Shown in pieces: positions 13,378 to 24,296 of a DNA stretch of 64,000 bases. The DNA is taken from assembly GCA_963777965.1 (NCBI GenBank), contig CAVZSS010000022.1, forward strand, positions 1,829 through 65,828. The letters are read 5' to 3'. The notes beneath the pieces were generated by a model. The model saw only the letters and a list, made by a program, of their open reading frames with translations, was not told the origin of the DNA and ran no database searches. How positions within the stretch are numbered: the stretch's first letter is position 1; every line of letters starts with the position of its first letter. The position numbers were made by a program, and so were the translations under genes. Source of the stretch: an uncultured Chloroflexia bacterium. GTDB taxonomy: Bacteria; Chloroflexota; Anaerolineae; Anaerolineales; UBA4823.

Positions 13378-13389
13378 GGGGAGGGCAAT

Positions 13390-13794
13390 ATGGATGAAAG
13401 GTTGTTGGAGATCAGGCAATATACCGGTGAAGGTTACCTTCCCTTGATCAATTTTAACACCTGGCGTGTGGCGATCTTACGCTGGGAGCAAGCCTCGCTT
13501 CCGGAGAATATTGAGATGATGGAGCGCCATAACCAAACCGACGAGGTTTTCGTGTTGTTGGAAGGTCAAGCTACCCTGATTCTGGGGGGTAATACTACAA
13601 AGGTGGATGGCATCCAACCCCAGGAACTTGAGCCGTGTAAGTTGTATAACGTTAAGCAGAGCACCTGGCATACCATCCTGCTCAGCCGTGATGCTTCGAT
13701 TTTGATCGTCGAGAACCGCGATACGGGGGATGATAATTCGGAGTATTGTAGGTTATCTAATGAATTCAAGGAAAAAATTATATCATTGAGGTAA
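13390..13794 (+). CDS. Cupin-fold protein (ureidoglycolate lyase-like), last gene of the sugar operon
   Basis: MERHNQTDEVFVLLEG and YNVKQSTWH cupin motifs; RBS upstream. Confidence 0.65.
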   Translation: MDERLLEIRQYTGEGYLPLINFNTWRVAILRWEQASLPENIEMMERHNQTDEVFVLLEGQATLILGGNTTKVDGIQPQELEPCKLYNVKQSTWHTILLSRDASILIVENRDTGDDNSEYCRLSNEFKEKIISLR

Positions 13795-13841
13795 GGACGG
13801 ATCGTGAGCTGCCTATGTTGTTTTGATTTATTGGTTATAGG

Positions 13842-13868
13842 GTAGGGGCGCAGCGTCGCTGCCCCTTC
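13842..13868 (+). repeat. REP-like palindrome (GTAG type) upstream of RAYT
   Basis: gtaggggcgcagcgtcgctgccccttc. Confidence 0.65.
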
Positions 13869-13906
13869 CTATATGATGGTGGATCTAATCATGCCTACAT
13901 GATCGA

Positions 13907-14464
13907 ATGTCCTATCATCGCCGATCCATCCGATTGAAAGGTTTTGATTATGCCTCACCCGGGGCATATTTTGTGACCGTGGTGACCCACAATCATTTAT
14001 GCATATTTGGAAGGGTTATTTCTGGAAAAATGGAGATCAATGCATTAGGTAAGATTGTTCAGGAATGTTGGTTGAAATTACCTGACCATTTTTCCGATAT
14101 TGAGATAGAACCTTTTGTGGTCATGCCAAATCATATCCATGGGATTATTTCCATCTATGAAAAAGACTGTAGGGGCACGATATATCGTGCCCCTACGACT
14201 GAAGATCATCCACACATAGATGCCGATTGTGCCCGAAAAACAGAAAAATTCGGTCAACCGGTCGTTGGTTCAATCCCAACGATAATCCGCACTTACAAGG
14301 CTGCCGTATCACGCCTTGCGAGAAAAGAAATAGGGATGGTAAATATCTGGCAGCGCAACTATTTCGAACATATCATTCGTTCTCAAGACGATTTGAATAA
14401 CATTGCCCATTACATCCTCACCAATCCGGATCATTGGATTGAAGACCCGGAATACATCCATTAG
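13907..14464 (+). mobile_element. REP-associated tyrosine transposase (RAYT, Y1 HUH)
   Basis: HRRSIRLKGFDY, YFVT, MPNHIHGI (HUH), WQRNYFEHIIR...YI..NP. Confidence 0.9.
14169..14196. repeat. Perfect 28-bp REP palindrome inside the RAYT coding sequence
   Basis: gtaggggcacgata/tatcgtgcccctac. Confidence 0.85.
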
Positions 14465-14481
14465 CCTCCTCGGAACCTCCC

Positions 14482-15361
14482 ATGACCTTCACCCTCACCC
14501 CTCCCACCACCTTCTCCCTACCCGCCGTGGTTCGGTCCCACGGCTGGATCCAGATGTCGCCCTTCTCAGAAACATCCGATCAAGGCCTATCCTATGTTAT
14601 CCGCTTGGGCACGGGCAAGGTCCTGCTCTTTGAGGTGCATGCATATGCTGATGTGCTGCGTGTGGATTCGACCGGAGCTGCTGACAGAAACTGAACAAAT
14701 GGAGCTTTCCCACCATATCACCTGGATGCTCGACATGGACCAGGATTTCTCGGAATTCTATGCCCTGGCACGGGCTGAACCCAAGCTTGCCCGTATGGTG
14801 GAGCGAAAAGCGGGTCGCGTGTTGCGTTCCCCAACCCTGTTTGAAGACGTGATCCGCACCATCCTGACCACCAACACCCTGTGGAAGCATACCCTGCGTA
14901 TGTGCCGCGAGCTGACCACGCGTTATGGCGACCCAACCTCCTGTGATCCTGACCTGCACGCCTTCCCCACCCCTGAAAGCCTTACATTGGTGGACGAACC
15001 AACCCTGCGTGAGCAATGCCGTATGGGCTACCGCGCCCCATACGTGGCGGAGCTATCTCAACGCTTGGTCTCTGGCAGCCTTGACCTTGAGGCACTAAAA
15101 ACAAGCTCGCTATCCACTCCTGAGCTGCGTAAGGAGCTGATGAATATCAAGGGTGTGGGTGGTTATGCGGCAGCTAACCTGCTCATGCTGCTGGGTCGCT
15201 ACGATTACGTCCCGGTGGATTCGTGGGCTTTGAAGGTGGTCTCTGACGAATTCTTTAAAGGAGAAAAGATTACCCCCAGGCAGGTATTGGACACATTTGA
15301 GCGTTGGGGGAAATGGCAGGGGCTTGCCTACTGGTTCTGGGATTGGTCCCCACAGCAGTGA
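14482..15361 (+). CDS. HhH-GPD DNA glycosylase (AlkA/OGG1-like), one frameshift
   Basis: RSHGW N-terminus; SPTLFED, FPTPE, GYRA, IKGVGGYAA...PVDSW, WGKWQGLAYW. Confidence 0.8.
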
Positions 15362-15372
15362 AGGTAATATAT

Positions 15373-15405
15373 AAACCTGGTAGGTATCGTAAACCTGCCA
15401 GGTTT
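15373..15405. repeat. AAACCTG-type hairpin repeat between convergent genes
   Basis: aaacctggtaggt-atcgtaa-acctgccaggttt; related copies near 39405 and at 60374-60407. Confidence 0.6.
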
Positions 15406-15461
15406 ATTTGAAAACGTAGATTATTCAATTGGATGGTTGGTAATTCATCCAATTGTTTGAG

Positions 15462-16967
15462 TTAAAGCTGGTATAGCTCCCCAAACTTGGTCTTCAGGTA
15501 TGCAAGGTAAGGCTCGATGCTGAGTGGACCCCCCGTGACTTTCTGGACCAGCTCGTTGGCTGTGAATTTGTTACCGTGCTGGTAAACGTTTTCCACCAGC
15601 CAGGAGTGCAGCGTATCAAACTTTCCTTGGGACATCTCGATGGGGATCTCTGGGTGGGCTTTGAGAGCCTGGCTGAAGAATTGCGCTCCGAAGATGTTGC
15701 CCAGCGTATATCCCTGGAACATGCCCCCGATCGGTCCGCCGAACCAGTGCACGTCCTGCATTACGCCATCCCGGTCGTCCGGTGCCCGCATGCCCATATC
15801 GGCATTGTAACGGGCATGCCAATACTCGGGCAGGTCGCGCACCAGTAAGTTGCCCTCCAGCAAGGCCAGCTCGATGTCAAAGCGGATCATCACGTGCAGG
15901 TTATAAGTCACCTCATCTGCTTCGGTGCGGATGAGCGAGCGCTGCACCTTGTTCACTGCCCGGTAGAATGTCTCTAAAGGCACTTTATTAAGCTGTTCTG
16001 GGAATTTCGCCTGTAGTTTTGGGTAGAAATATTCCCAAAAACCCCGGTTGCGTCCGACCAGGTTCTCCCAGGTGCGTGACTGGCTTTCATGAATGCCAGC
16101 TGAGGTGCCACCGGCTAATGGTGTGCCCTCCAGCTCCATACGGATCCCCTGCTCGTACATGGCGTGCCCGGCTTCGTGAATGGTGCTGAACAAGGCACTG
16201 CTTAAATCATTCTCATCAACCCGGGTGGTGATGCGCACATCCCCTAGTGAAAAACTGGTCATAAAGGGGTGGTGGGTTAGATCTTGCCGGCCACGGTTGA
16301 AGTCATAACCCAATTCCTTGATAATCTCCTGACCAAATTCGAGCTGGTCAGCCTGTGGGTAGTGCAGCTTCAGGCACGCGTCGTCAGCAGGGGGTTGAGA
16401 GGTGATGGCTTGCACGATGGGGACCAATTCCCGACGCAGTTGGGCGAACAGGGCGCGCAAGGTGGTAGCCTTCATACCATAATCAGCATAGTCGATCAAA
16501 GGATCGGCAATATGCTCATAACCCGGGTAGAAATCTGCCATCCTGCGCGAGAGGTCGAGTGTCCGCTCCAGCAGGGGTTCGAGAGTTTTAAAGTTGTTTT
16601 CCGGACGGGCTACCACCCAGGCATTGTATGATTTTTGATATATGTTCATAAAAATCTGCTACGAATTGGGGTGGCAGTTTAAGCGCACGTTCATACTCAC
16701 GGCGTGCCACTCGGATCAGGGAAGCATCATCAGAATCATATGGCAGGCTCTCTTCGAATGGCCGTAGCTCATCCAGCAATTTTCCAAGCGCTGGGTCGAT
16801 GGATTTCTCCTGAGTCAGCCTGGCCAGCAAGGCGCTCTGCCGGCCTCGGGCGGTTGCTCCACCCGGCGGCATGTAGGTGGCTTCATCCCAGCTTATAGCG
16901 CGCCTGCGTGTTGCAGGTCATAGATTTCTGTTAAACGGGTTTTTAGTTCAGAGAATTGTTTTTGCAT
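15462..16967 (-). CDS. Carboxypeptidase, M32 family (frameshifted)
   Basis: Start MQKQFSELK at 16967 with RBS; SWDEATYMPPGG, HPF, HEAGH, HESQSR, IRTEADE, QDVHW. Confidence 0.88.
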
Positions 16968-17022
16968 ACCTCACTCCTTATAATGAAAATACCGGCTAAT
17001 TATAATGCGATATTAAATTTGT

Positions 17023-17050
17023 TGCGCCAGGAGTTGAATTTCCTGGCGCA
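17023..17050. repeat. Intergenic hairpin, REP-like
   Basis: tgcgccagga-gttgaatt-tcctggcgca. Confidence 0.4.
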
Positions 17051-17385
17051 GAGCTGTCCGCCTGGTTTTAGCACGTACAACACTGAACCTTCTACGTATT
17101 TTGTTTCTAAATCCTAAATAAAGATGATCTGTGCGCCACGGTAAGATCAATGAATTCACTGGCAGTGACTGTCACCTACGGACATGATTACTGCGGATAG
17201 CATATCTCAGTTCATATTCAAAGATAAAACTTGTCCCCTATCGCCTCACTCTAGCAAAATAGTTATCACAACAGAATCTGATATTTGGGTCTGGTTAAAC
17301 CTGTGACTTAAAGAACATTCCTTCTGCACTGGCAACCTTATTGGATATCCAATCAGGTTATGTGTATTGTCAGGTGGATTTCCGT

Positions 17386-18821
17386 TTATCCAGCCGGTTT
17401 GATGTTACGATTCGTGCGGAATATATTCTCCGGATCCCACTTCGCCTTGATCTCAGCAAGCCGAGTGAGCCCCTTTCCAAGTGCTGCCTGGACGCGTTCT
17501 GGACTTTCGTCAGCGGATAAAAAGTTAATGTAGTTTCCACCGGTGGAGAACTGCCTCATATCGGTCCACGCTTGGCGAGCCCATTCAATGTTTGCCATAT
17601 CTGTGTCTGCTTGCTCCCACGCAGCTGCCAGGTTAAGAATGTATCGTGCATCACGGTGGCCAGCCGGTGAGTGTTCATCATTTAATCTATTCAACGCACC
17701 GCTGATCTGGACCAGGATCGCCGCTGAGTGAGGCGATTGGATTTTAGCGGCATGCTCGATTAACTTCTCGCACAGGGCTGGTTCGATGCGCTGGAGATAC
17801 TCGCTCTTCCAGTAGTAACGTCTACCTTTCGGATTAACAGCGTCGAGCAATGTCTGCATTTGAGCATAAGGTCGCTGTACGAGCACGTCACCGATGGGAT
17901 TTCGAAACGACTTGATGGGGCGACGATTTTCTCGCCTTCTTCAAGTTTCCCGCTGTAACAGGCTCCGATGATGACGACCGGCGTCGTGTGCAGGTCTTTC
18001 GGTAGCCAGGGAGCAGGCGGTGCCGGGCGCATCATCAAGAGCAGCGTAAGTTCGGGTGGGGCGGTCTCTGCTAAGGTCCGGTACAGTTCGAGCACCTCAG
18101 GTGCCTCGCTGGCTGGCCAGGCTACAAATCCACCGATGACCTCCGGACCGATGGGGTAAAGCTTGTAATCAATACCGGTCACGACGCCAAAGTTCCCGCC
18201 ACCACCCCGTAGCCCCCAGAAGAGGTCTGCATTCTCGTCGCTGCTTGCGTGCACGAGGTGCCCCTCAGCAGTCACGACATCCACTCCGACAACGTTATCC
18301 GATGTCCAACCGTAACGTCTCGTCAAGTAGCCAAATCCTCCCCCCAGGGTGAGTCCGGCGATCCCGGTTAGGGAAACGAAGCCTAAGACAGCCGCGAGAC
18401 CGTGCAGCTGTGTTTCACGATCCACATCGGCTATCAGGCAACCAGCTTGTGCGTGGGCAATCTTTTCCTTTGAATTTACCCATACACCACGCATGAGCGA
18501 CATATCGAGCATCAGAGCACCATCAGCGGTAGCCAGACCGGCGATATTATGCCCACCGCCTTTGATGCTCACCAGAAGATTGTGCTCACGGGCAAAACGA
18601 ACGCACGCGATCACATCTGCGACCCCCAGGCAACGCACCACGAGTGCTGGCTTTCTGTCGATCATGGCGTTCCATACCGTCCGTGACTCATCATAGCTGG
18701 GCTCACCAGGCACGAGTAATGAACCTTTCAGGCGCATCTTTAAACTTTCGATGACATCCTGCTTAAGGTCAAATTCTCCACCATCCAACATTTTTACTTT
18801 TATTGAAGATACTGCTTCCAT
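17386..18821 (-). CDS. FAD-linked oxidase, BBE/6-HDNO-like (one frameshift)
   Basis: IKGGGHNIAG, GLTLGGGFG, LRGGGGNFGVVT; C-terminal YINF...KAKWDPENIFR. Confidence 0.88.
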
Positions 18822-19465
18822 TAGTTTGTTTCTCCTTTGGTAGTTCGAACCTATCCGTTTCCATCAATCCTTAATGAAACTGCATGAAATTAGAAATCAG
18901 ATACTTATCTATGCTTGAAATGTTATAGAACAAAATGATGCTTGGTGTTGGGAGTACAAAATTGTTGAGGGGAAATTATTTGCTTAATCTGTATCACCAA
19001 CCCTTGGGTGATATATATCATAAAACCCGTAAAAGCTGAAGATTAATATTAGATAATGCTAATCTATTTTATCCTAATTGTATTATATAGCAGGTGCCAT
19101 TCTTCTCTTTAGTTAGAATATGGTCTCCTATCCCCTTGCTCAAGTAAAAGCTAGTTATGAAATGGAGGTAAGAAGATCATTGGTGTACATAGCGGGAAGA
19201 TCAACTATTGAATACTCTCCGCAAGTGTCGATTACCCTGTAGACCACCGTCTGGGTAGGGGAAAGTGGGACAAGGATTTGGACGAATCACATTATTCAAA
19301 CACCAGTATTTCATAGAAAATACCAGAGCTAGCAACCTGCTGCATTTGACAAGGTTGGTGAATGTTGAGTTTCAGTCGGCAGGTTCGATATCCATCCATC
19401 CCAACATACCTGAACATCCAATTGTGCGGGAGACTATATAATTTTTTATTTAATATTATGACAGC

Positions 19466-19484
19466 ATCACAAATTATTTGTGAT
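19466..19484. promoter_or_regulatory. Perfect 9-1-9 inverted repeat, candidate operator of the redox operon
   Basis: atcacaaat-t-atttgtgat, about 50 bp upstream of a TTGAAA/TATGAT promoter-like pair (19531-19560). Confidence 0.45.
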
Positions 19485-19569
19485 AAATAATACTTTTCTG
19501 ATGATGAGATTTACATTAATATAGTGTTAATTGAAATATTCGTATTTGCATATATATGATAATACGTCA

Positions 19570-19932
19570 ATGACCAATCCACAACTGACTCAGGAAATTT
19601 CACAACTCCATGCAGATATTTGCTCTGCCCTGGCAGATCCTAAACGTATTTTATTGATCTATGCTTTGGCTGAAAAACCTCGTTCAGTCAATGACCTGGC
19701 GCAAGAATTGGATATCAGCCAGCCAGCCACTTCCCGTAATTTAAAGGTATTGCGCGATCGGGGACTGGTTTTTTCAGTACGCCAGGGTACCACTTTAGAA
19801 TATCGCCTGACGGATACACGTCTGGTGGAAGCTCTGAATATGCTGCGTAATGTATTGCATGATCGGCTTACGTATAGTGCCAACCTCATGGAGAGTGCTG
19901 ATGAGGTCGATAAGGTTGCCAACACAGCTTAA
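19570..19932 (+). CDS. ArsR/SmtB family transcriptional regulator
   Basis: ICSALADPKRILLI, SVNDLAQEL.ISQPATSRNLKVLR.RGLV; ATG 19570 preferred over TTG 19531. Confidence 0.9.
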   Translation: MTNPQLTQEISQLHADICSALADPKRILLIYALAEKPRSVNDLAQELDISQPATSRNLKVLRDRGLVFSVRQGTTLEYRLTDTRLVEALNMLRNVLHDRLTYSANLMESADEVDKVANTA

Positions 19933-20002
19933 CTACCTGGTTTTTCTGCCATAATTCACCCATTTTTGTACGGTGAATTATTTTTATATTGAGGAGGACT
20001 TT

Positions 20003-20905
20003 ATGCACTACCTTAGGAACCGTTATCTAATTCCCATCTTCCTTGGTGCCATCCTGATCGCTGGTTTCTTCCTGCTCCTGACAGCCACAGAGACAAACGC
20101 GCAATGCGGGTCTCAAGCCTCATCCTGTAAAGATTGTCACGAGACACAAGGCGAGGACCCCGTTAATAACGATGGTACTGCCTGGCATACCCAGCATGCG
20201 CAGATCGATGCCTGCGTCAGCTGCCACGCAGGCAACCCCCAAAGCACAGACAAGGACCAGTCACACACCGGTATGGTAGCCTGGGAGTCAGATGTCAAGG
20301 CTGGTTGTGCCATGTGCCACCCCGATGATTACATGCAGCTTGCCCAGGAGTATGCCACCACGCTGGGCGTCACCCTGGGAGAAGGGGGTGCTGTGCCCCC
20401 TGTTGAACCTCCCCCAGGCCCCTCAACGTCCACAACGGAAGAGACTGCTCCCCCTGAAGGAGAGATCGTCATCAGCCAGCCCGGTACGGTCGATTATGTG
20501 CAGCAGTACAATGAAACTGTCCTGGGTGAAACCTCGATCAACTGGGGCAATGTGATCCTGGTGGTATTGATCCTTTGCATTTTATTGGGTGGTGGAGCGT
20601 TCATCTATTGGAACGAACGGCGTCGCAAGGGTTTGAAAGGCTTCTACACGAAAAAAACAGTCCAGCCGCTCGAAGGAGCTGTGCCAGTGGTGGAAGGCTT
20701 TTCCAGTGACGTGACAGAACTTTTACCACTCGTTGCCAAACTGAACCCGGTGGGGTTGCATGCCCTCAAACGCCTCCTGGCCAACCCCGACCAGGCTAAC
20801 GAGATGCTGCATGCCCTATCGCACCTTGACCCTGAGCTTGTGCGCCGCATTCAATCACTGGACAAAGACACGCGTGCCCTGCTGATGGCTCTGGCAGGAA
20901 GCTAA
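20003..20905 (+). CDS. Membrane-anchored triheme c-type cytochrome
   Basis: RBS gaggagg; signal peptide, CKDCH, CVSCH, CAMCH, Pro/Thr linker, TM helix, cytoplasmic tail. Confidence 0.8.
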   Translation: MHYLRNRYLIPIFLGAILIAGFFLLLTATETNAQCGSQASSCKDCHETQGEDPVNNDGTAWHTQHAQIDACVSCHAGNPQSTDKDQSHTGMVAWESDVKAGCAMCHPDDYMQLAQEYATTLGVTLGEGGAVPPVEPPPGPSTSTTEETAPPEGEIVISQPGTVDYVQQYNETVLGETSINWGNVILVVLILCILLGGGAFIYWNERRRKGLKGFYTKKTVQPLEGAVPVVEGFSSDVTELLPLVAKLNPVGLHALKRLLANPDQANEMLHALSHLDPELVRRIQSLDKDTRALLMALAGS

Positions 20906-20942
20906 CCCAAGGCATTTCATTCATCAACGAATTGGAGGAATA

Positions 20943-21498
20943 ATGAATCGGATCAAATCATTTGTATCCAATGAAAGCTGGTCACCCTACCTGGCGGGCA
21001 TCCTGCTCGGTATCGTTGGACTTGCTGACAGTCCTGCTTGCCAACACTTTACTGGGCGCTTCAGGTGCTTTCGAAAGCATAGCAGGGTTGATTGGAAAGA
21101 AGATCGCCCCTAGCGTGTTCAGCAATATCTATTGGGGCATGGAGGGAGGCCGGGCAATGCCAGTCATACGACCAGAGATCACCTGGTCGGTGATCTTGCT
21201 GGTGGGAATCTTTTTTGGTGGGACACTGGCGGCTCTCTCCAGCCGAACGTTCAAATTTCGCTTCAACGATGATGCCCAATGGAAACGCATCTTTGGCCCC
21301 CAACCCTGGAAACGTTGGGTACTCGGCTTCCTCGGCGCGGTCATTGTTGCATATGGGTCTGGCATCGCAGGTGGCTGCACCAGCGGTTTGGCCATCTCGG
21401 GCGGAATGCTGTTTGTGCCAGCCGCTTTCTTATTTATGGCAGGATTTATGGTTTCCGGCATCATCACCGCTTTGATCGTCTACGGCAGGAGGTATTAA
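20943..21498 (+). CDS. YeeE/YedE family sulfur-compound transporter, first half (frameshift near 5' end)
   Basis: WSPYLAGILLG, LGASG, GIFFGG, GIAGGCTSG motif. Confidence 0.85.
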
Positions 21499-21501
21499 AC
21501 C

Positions 21502-22056
21502 ATGACTACCTTCATCATAGCTGTCGTTTTGGGCATTGGCTTTGGGTTTTCGCTCAACAAAGCCGGTTTAACTAAATATCATAAGATTGCAAACCAGTTC
21601 CGTTTCACCGACATGACAATCCTCAAATATATGATGACCGCAATTGCCGTGGCAATGACGGGATTGTACATCTTCCGCGGGCTAGGTTGGGTCACCTTCC
21701 CCACCGTTCCTGCCACATATATTGTGGGGAATTTGATTGGCGGGCTGATCTTTGGAGTGGGTATGGCACTTGCTGGATACTGACCAGGCACCTGCGCCGC
21801 CGGGAGCGGCGAAGGTAAACTGGATTATATTGGTCCTGGACTGTTGGGCTTCTTAGCTGGTGCTGTTCTTTATGGTCTGACGTACCCAAAGGTATTCCCC
21901 ATGATTTCCAAGGCCGCAAACCTTGGCAATGTCGTTCTTCCTGATTTATTGAATCTGAATCCTTTTCTGACAGTACTATTCTTTGACCTGATCGTCATAT
22001 TCCTGTTCTACCTGATCGAGCGGGCAGGCTTACAGCGCAAGGATAAGCTTCAATAA
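21502..22056 (+). CDS. YeeE/YedE family transporter, second half, with in-frame TGA (predicted selenocysteine)
   Basis: ORFs 21502..21783 and 21844..22056 share a frame; readthrough gives GGLIFGVGMALAGY-U-PGTCAAGSGEG, matching the family LxGxCPGT motif. Confidence 0.82.
21784..21823 (+). promoter_or_regulatory. Candidate bacterial SECIS element
   Basis: Directly 3' of the TGA: ccag/ctgg, acct/aggt and cgccgc/gcggcg stems closing a cggga apical loop. Confidence 0.7.
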
Positions 22057-22109
22057 CCAACCTGACCTGTGGTGAGCAGGATCTTTCACCGCAGGTTGAA
22101 AGGCTAATT

Positions 22110-24286
22110 ATGCCGAAAACTGAGATTTCACGACGTGATTTTCTAAAATTAGGCACTGCAGCTGCCTCCGCATTTGCCATTGGGCAATTTATACCTCCAC
22201 CCGTTGCACGGGCGGCTACGCCAGGCAGGCTGCTGGATGACAATGGCAGCGGTTACCTCTATACCATGTGCGAGATGTGTGTATGGCGGTGCGGTGTGCG
22301 CGCCAAGGTGGATGAAGGGCGAGTGGTAAAGCTGGAGGGTAACCCGGAGCACCCCCATTCACATGGCAAGCTGTGTGCCAGAGGCCAGTCCGGCCTGATG
22401 AGCACCTATGACCCCGACCGGGTGCTTACCCCGCTCATCCGCGTGGGGAAGCGGGGTGAGGGCAAATTCCGCCAGGCTTCCTGGGACGAAGCCCTGGACA
22501 TGGTGGCGGAGAACATGCTGAAGATCAAGGACACCTATGGGCCTGAAGCGATGGTCTTCTCTTCCACCCATAATCTCTCGCAGCCTCTATTCGAGAACCT
22601 GCTGTACGGATTTGGATCACCCAATTATGGCACCCAGCGCAGCCTGTGCTTCAACGCCATGGTTACTGCGTTCCTGTTGACTTATGGAATCGAAGAACCA
22701 GCACGAAATTATGAAAATGTCCAGTATGATCTTGTTAGTGGGTCGAAATCTCACCGAGGCAATCTCGACGTCCGAGACCACCGAGATGATGGATGGCATT
22801 GCACCGAGGGGCAAAATTAGTCTATCTAGACCCGCGCTTCACCAAGACGGCCTCCAAAGCGACGAATGGATGCCAGTTCGCCCAGGTACCGACCTGGCTT
22901 TTCTTCTGGCGATGATCAACGTGATCGCAACGAAGAATTTGGAAACTGTGAATTTGTTAAAGAGTTTACCCTCGGTTGTGATCAATTACCCACCCACAGA
23001 GCTGAGTATCACACCAGAATGGGCAGGCAAACTGCGGATTCCAGCGGACACCATTCGGCGAATCGCGCGTGAGTTTGCAGCAGCAAACCGAAATGCCTTA
23101 GCTCACCCCGGATGGCGTACCTCCAATTTTATCAATTCCTTTCACACTGAACGTGCCATTGCCATCCTGAATGCCATGGTGGGTAATGTCTTTGGGGCGT
23201 GACTGTTTAATCGCCGAAAGCCCTGAGCGGTGGAATCTCTGGGCAGCCCACCACAACCTCCATATCCGCGTGTTTCCGCCAACGGTTGGATGGTGTGCCG
23301 TGGAAGTACCCCTTAGTACCACTAAAGATTGGTGTATTCCAGGAATTACGCGATTCCATTGTAGGTGCAACCTTACCAGGCACATGGCTGGTTTATCTCA
23401 CGCCAGAATCCGGTGCTTTCATTACCCGATCGGAGTAAGACGCTGGAAGCATTCAATAAGATGGACTTCATTGTCACAGTGGATATCATCATGAATGACA
23501 CAGGCTGGTTTTCCGATGTCGTCCTCCCTGAAGCATCATATTTGGAGCGCTACGACCCGTTGGTGCCCATGGAGGATCACATTTTCATCCGCCAGCCGGT
23601 TATCGAGCCGCAGGGTGAGGCAAAATCTGCCCTGATGATCTATAAAGAACTGGGCACCCGCCTGGGTTTGGCTGACTTCTTCCAATATAAGGATGAAGAA
23701 GACTACCTTAATCAGCAACTAGCTCCACATGGTTATTCCTTGGAGAGAGCTTCGCTTGCACGGGACATCAAAGTTTCCGATGAAGAAACCAAGATCTTAA
23801 TGTTCAACTCCCAGCGGAAAAGTAGAAGTCTATTCAGAAACCCTGGCAAAAGCTGGAATTTGATCCCGTCTACCTATCTGGGAGGAACCACCCCAACCAA
23901 AGCCAGGTGAGTTTTACCTGCTGACTGGCAAAGTGGGTCAGCACACCCAAATGGGCACTCAAAATAATCAGCTGTTGCACAAGTACCAGGATGAGCCCCG
24001 CCTTTGGATGGCGCCGGATGCTGCTCAAAATCTGAGCTTGAAGGATTGGGATACGGTCGAGGTCACTTCACCCGTGGGCTCGGTCAAAGTGGCCTTGCAG
24101 GTCACCCCTGCTATCCGTACTGACTGTGTCTACCTGACCCCGGGCTTTGGTCATCTCTCGATGGGATTACGCACTGCCTATGGTGTGGGTGCGTCAGACT
24201 CAGTGTTACACGTCACCTACACTGATCCGATCAGTGGTGGTCAGGCACTCAGCCAGACCTTCGTCTCGGTCAGGAAGGCGGGATAA
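22110..24286 (+). CDS. Molybdopterin oxidoreductase catalytic subunit, thiosulfate/polysulfide reductase (PhsA/PsrA)-like; several frameshifts
   Basis: Tat signal SRRDFLK; CEMCVWRC...CARG 4Fe-4S motif; QRSLC Mo-ligand Cys; RPGTD; DVVLPEASYLER; molydop-binding C-terminal domain. Confidence 0.85.
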
Positions 24287-24296
24287 GGAGAAGCCT

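Noticed and set aside
13907-14464. RAYT genes as IS200/IS605 elements with TnpB or omegaRNA
   Set aside because: No tnpB or iscB next to either gene; the motifs and flanking REPs fit RAYT.
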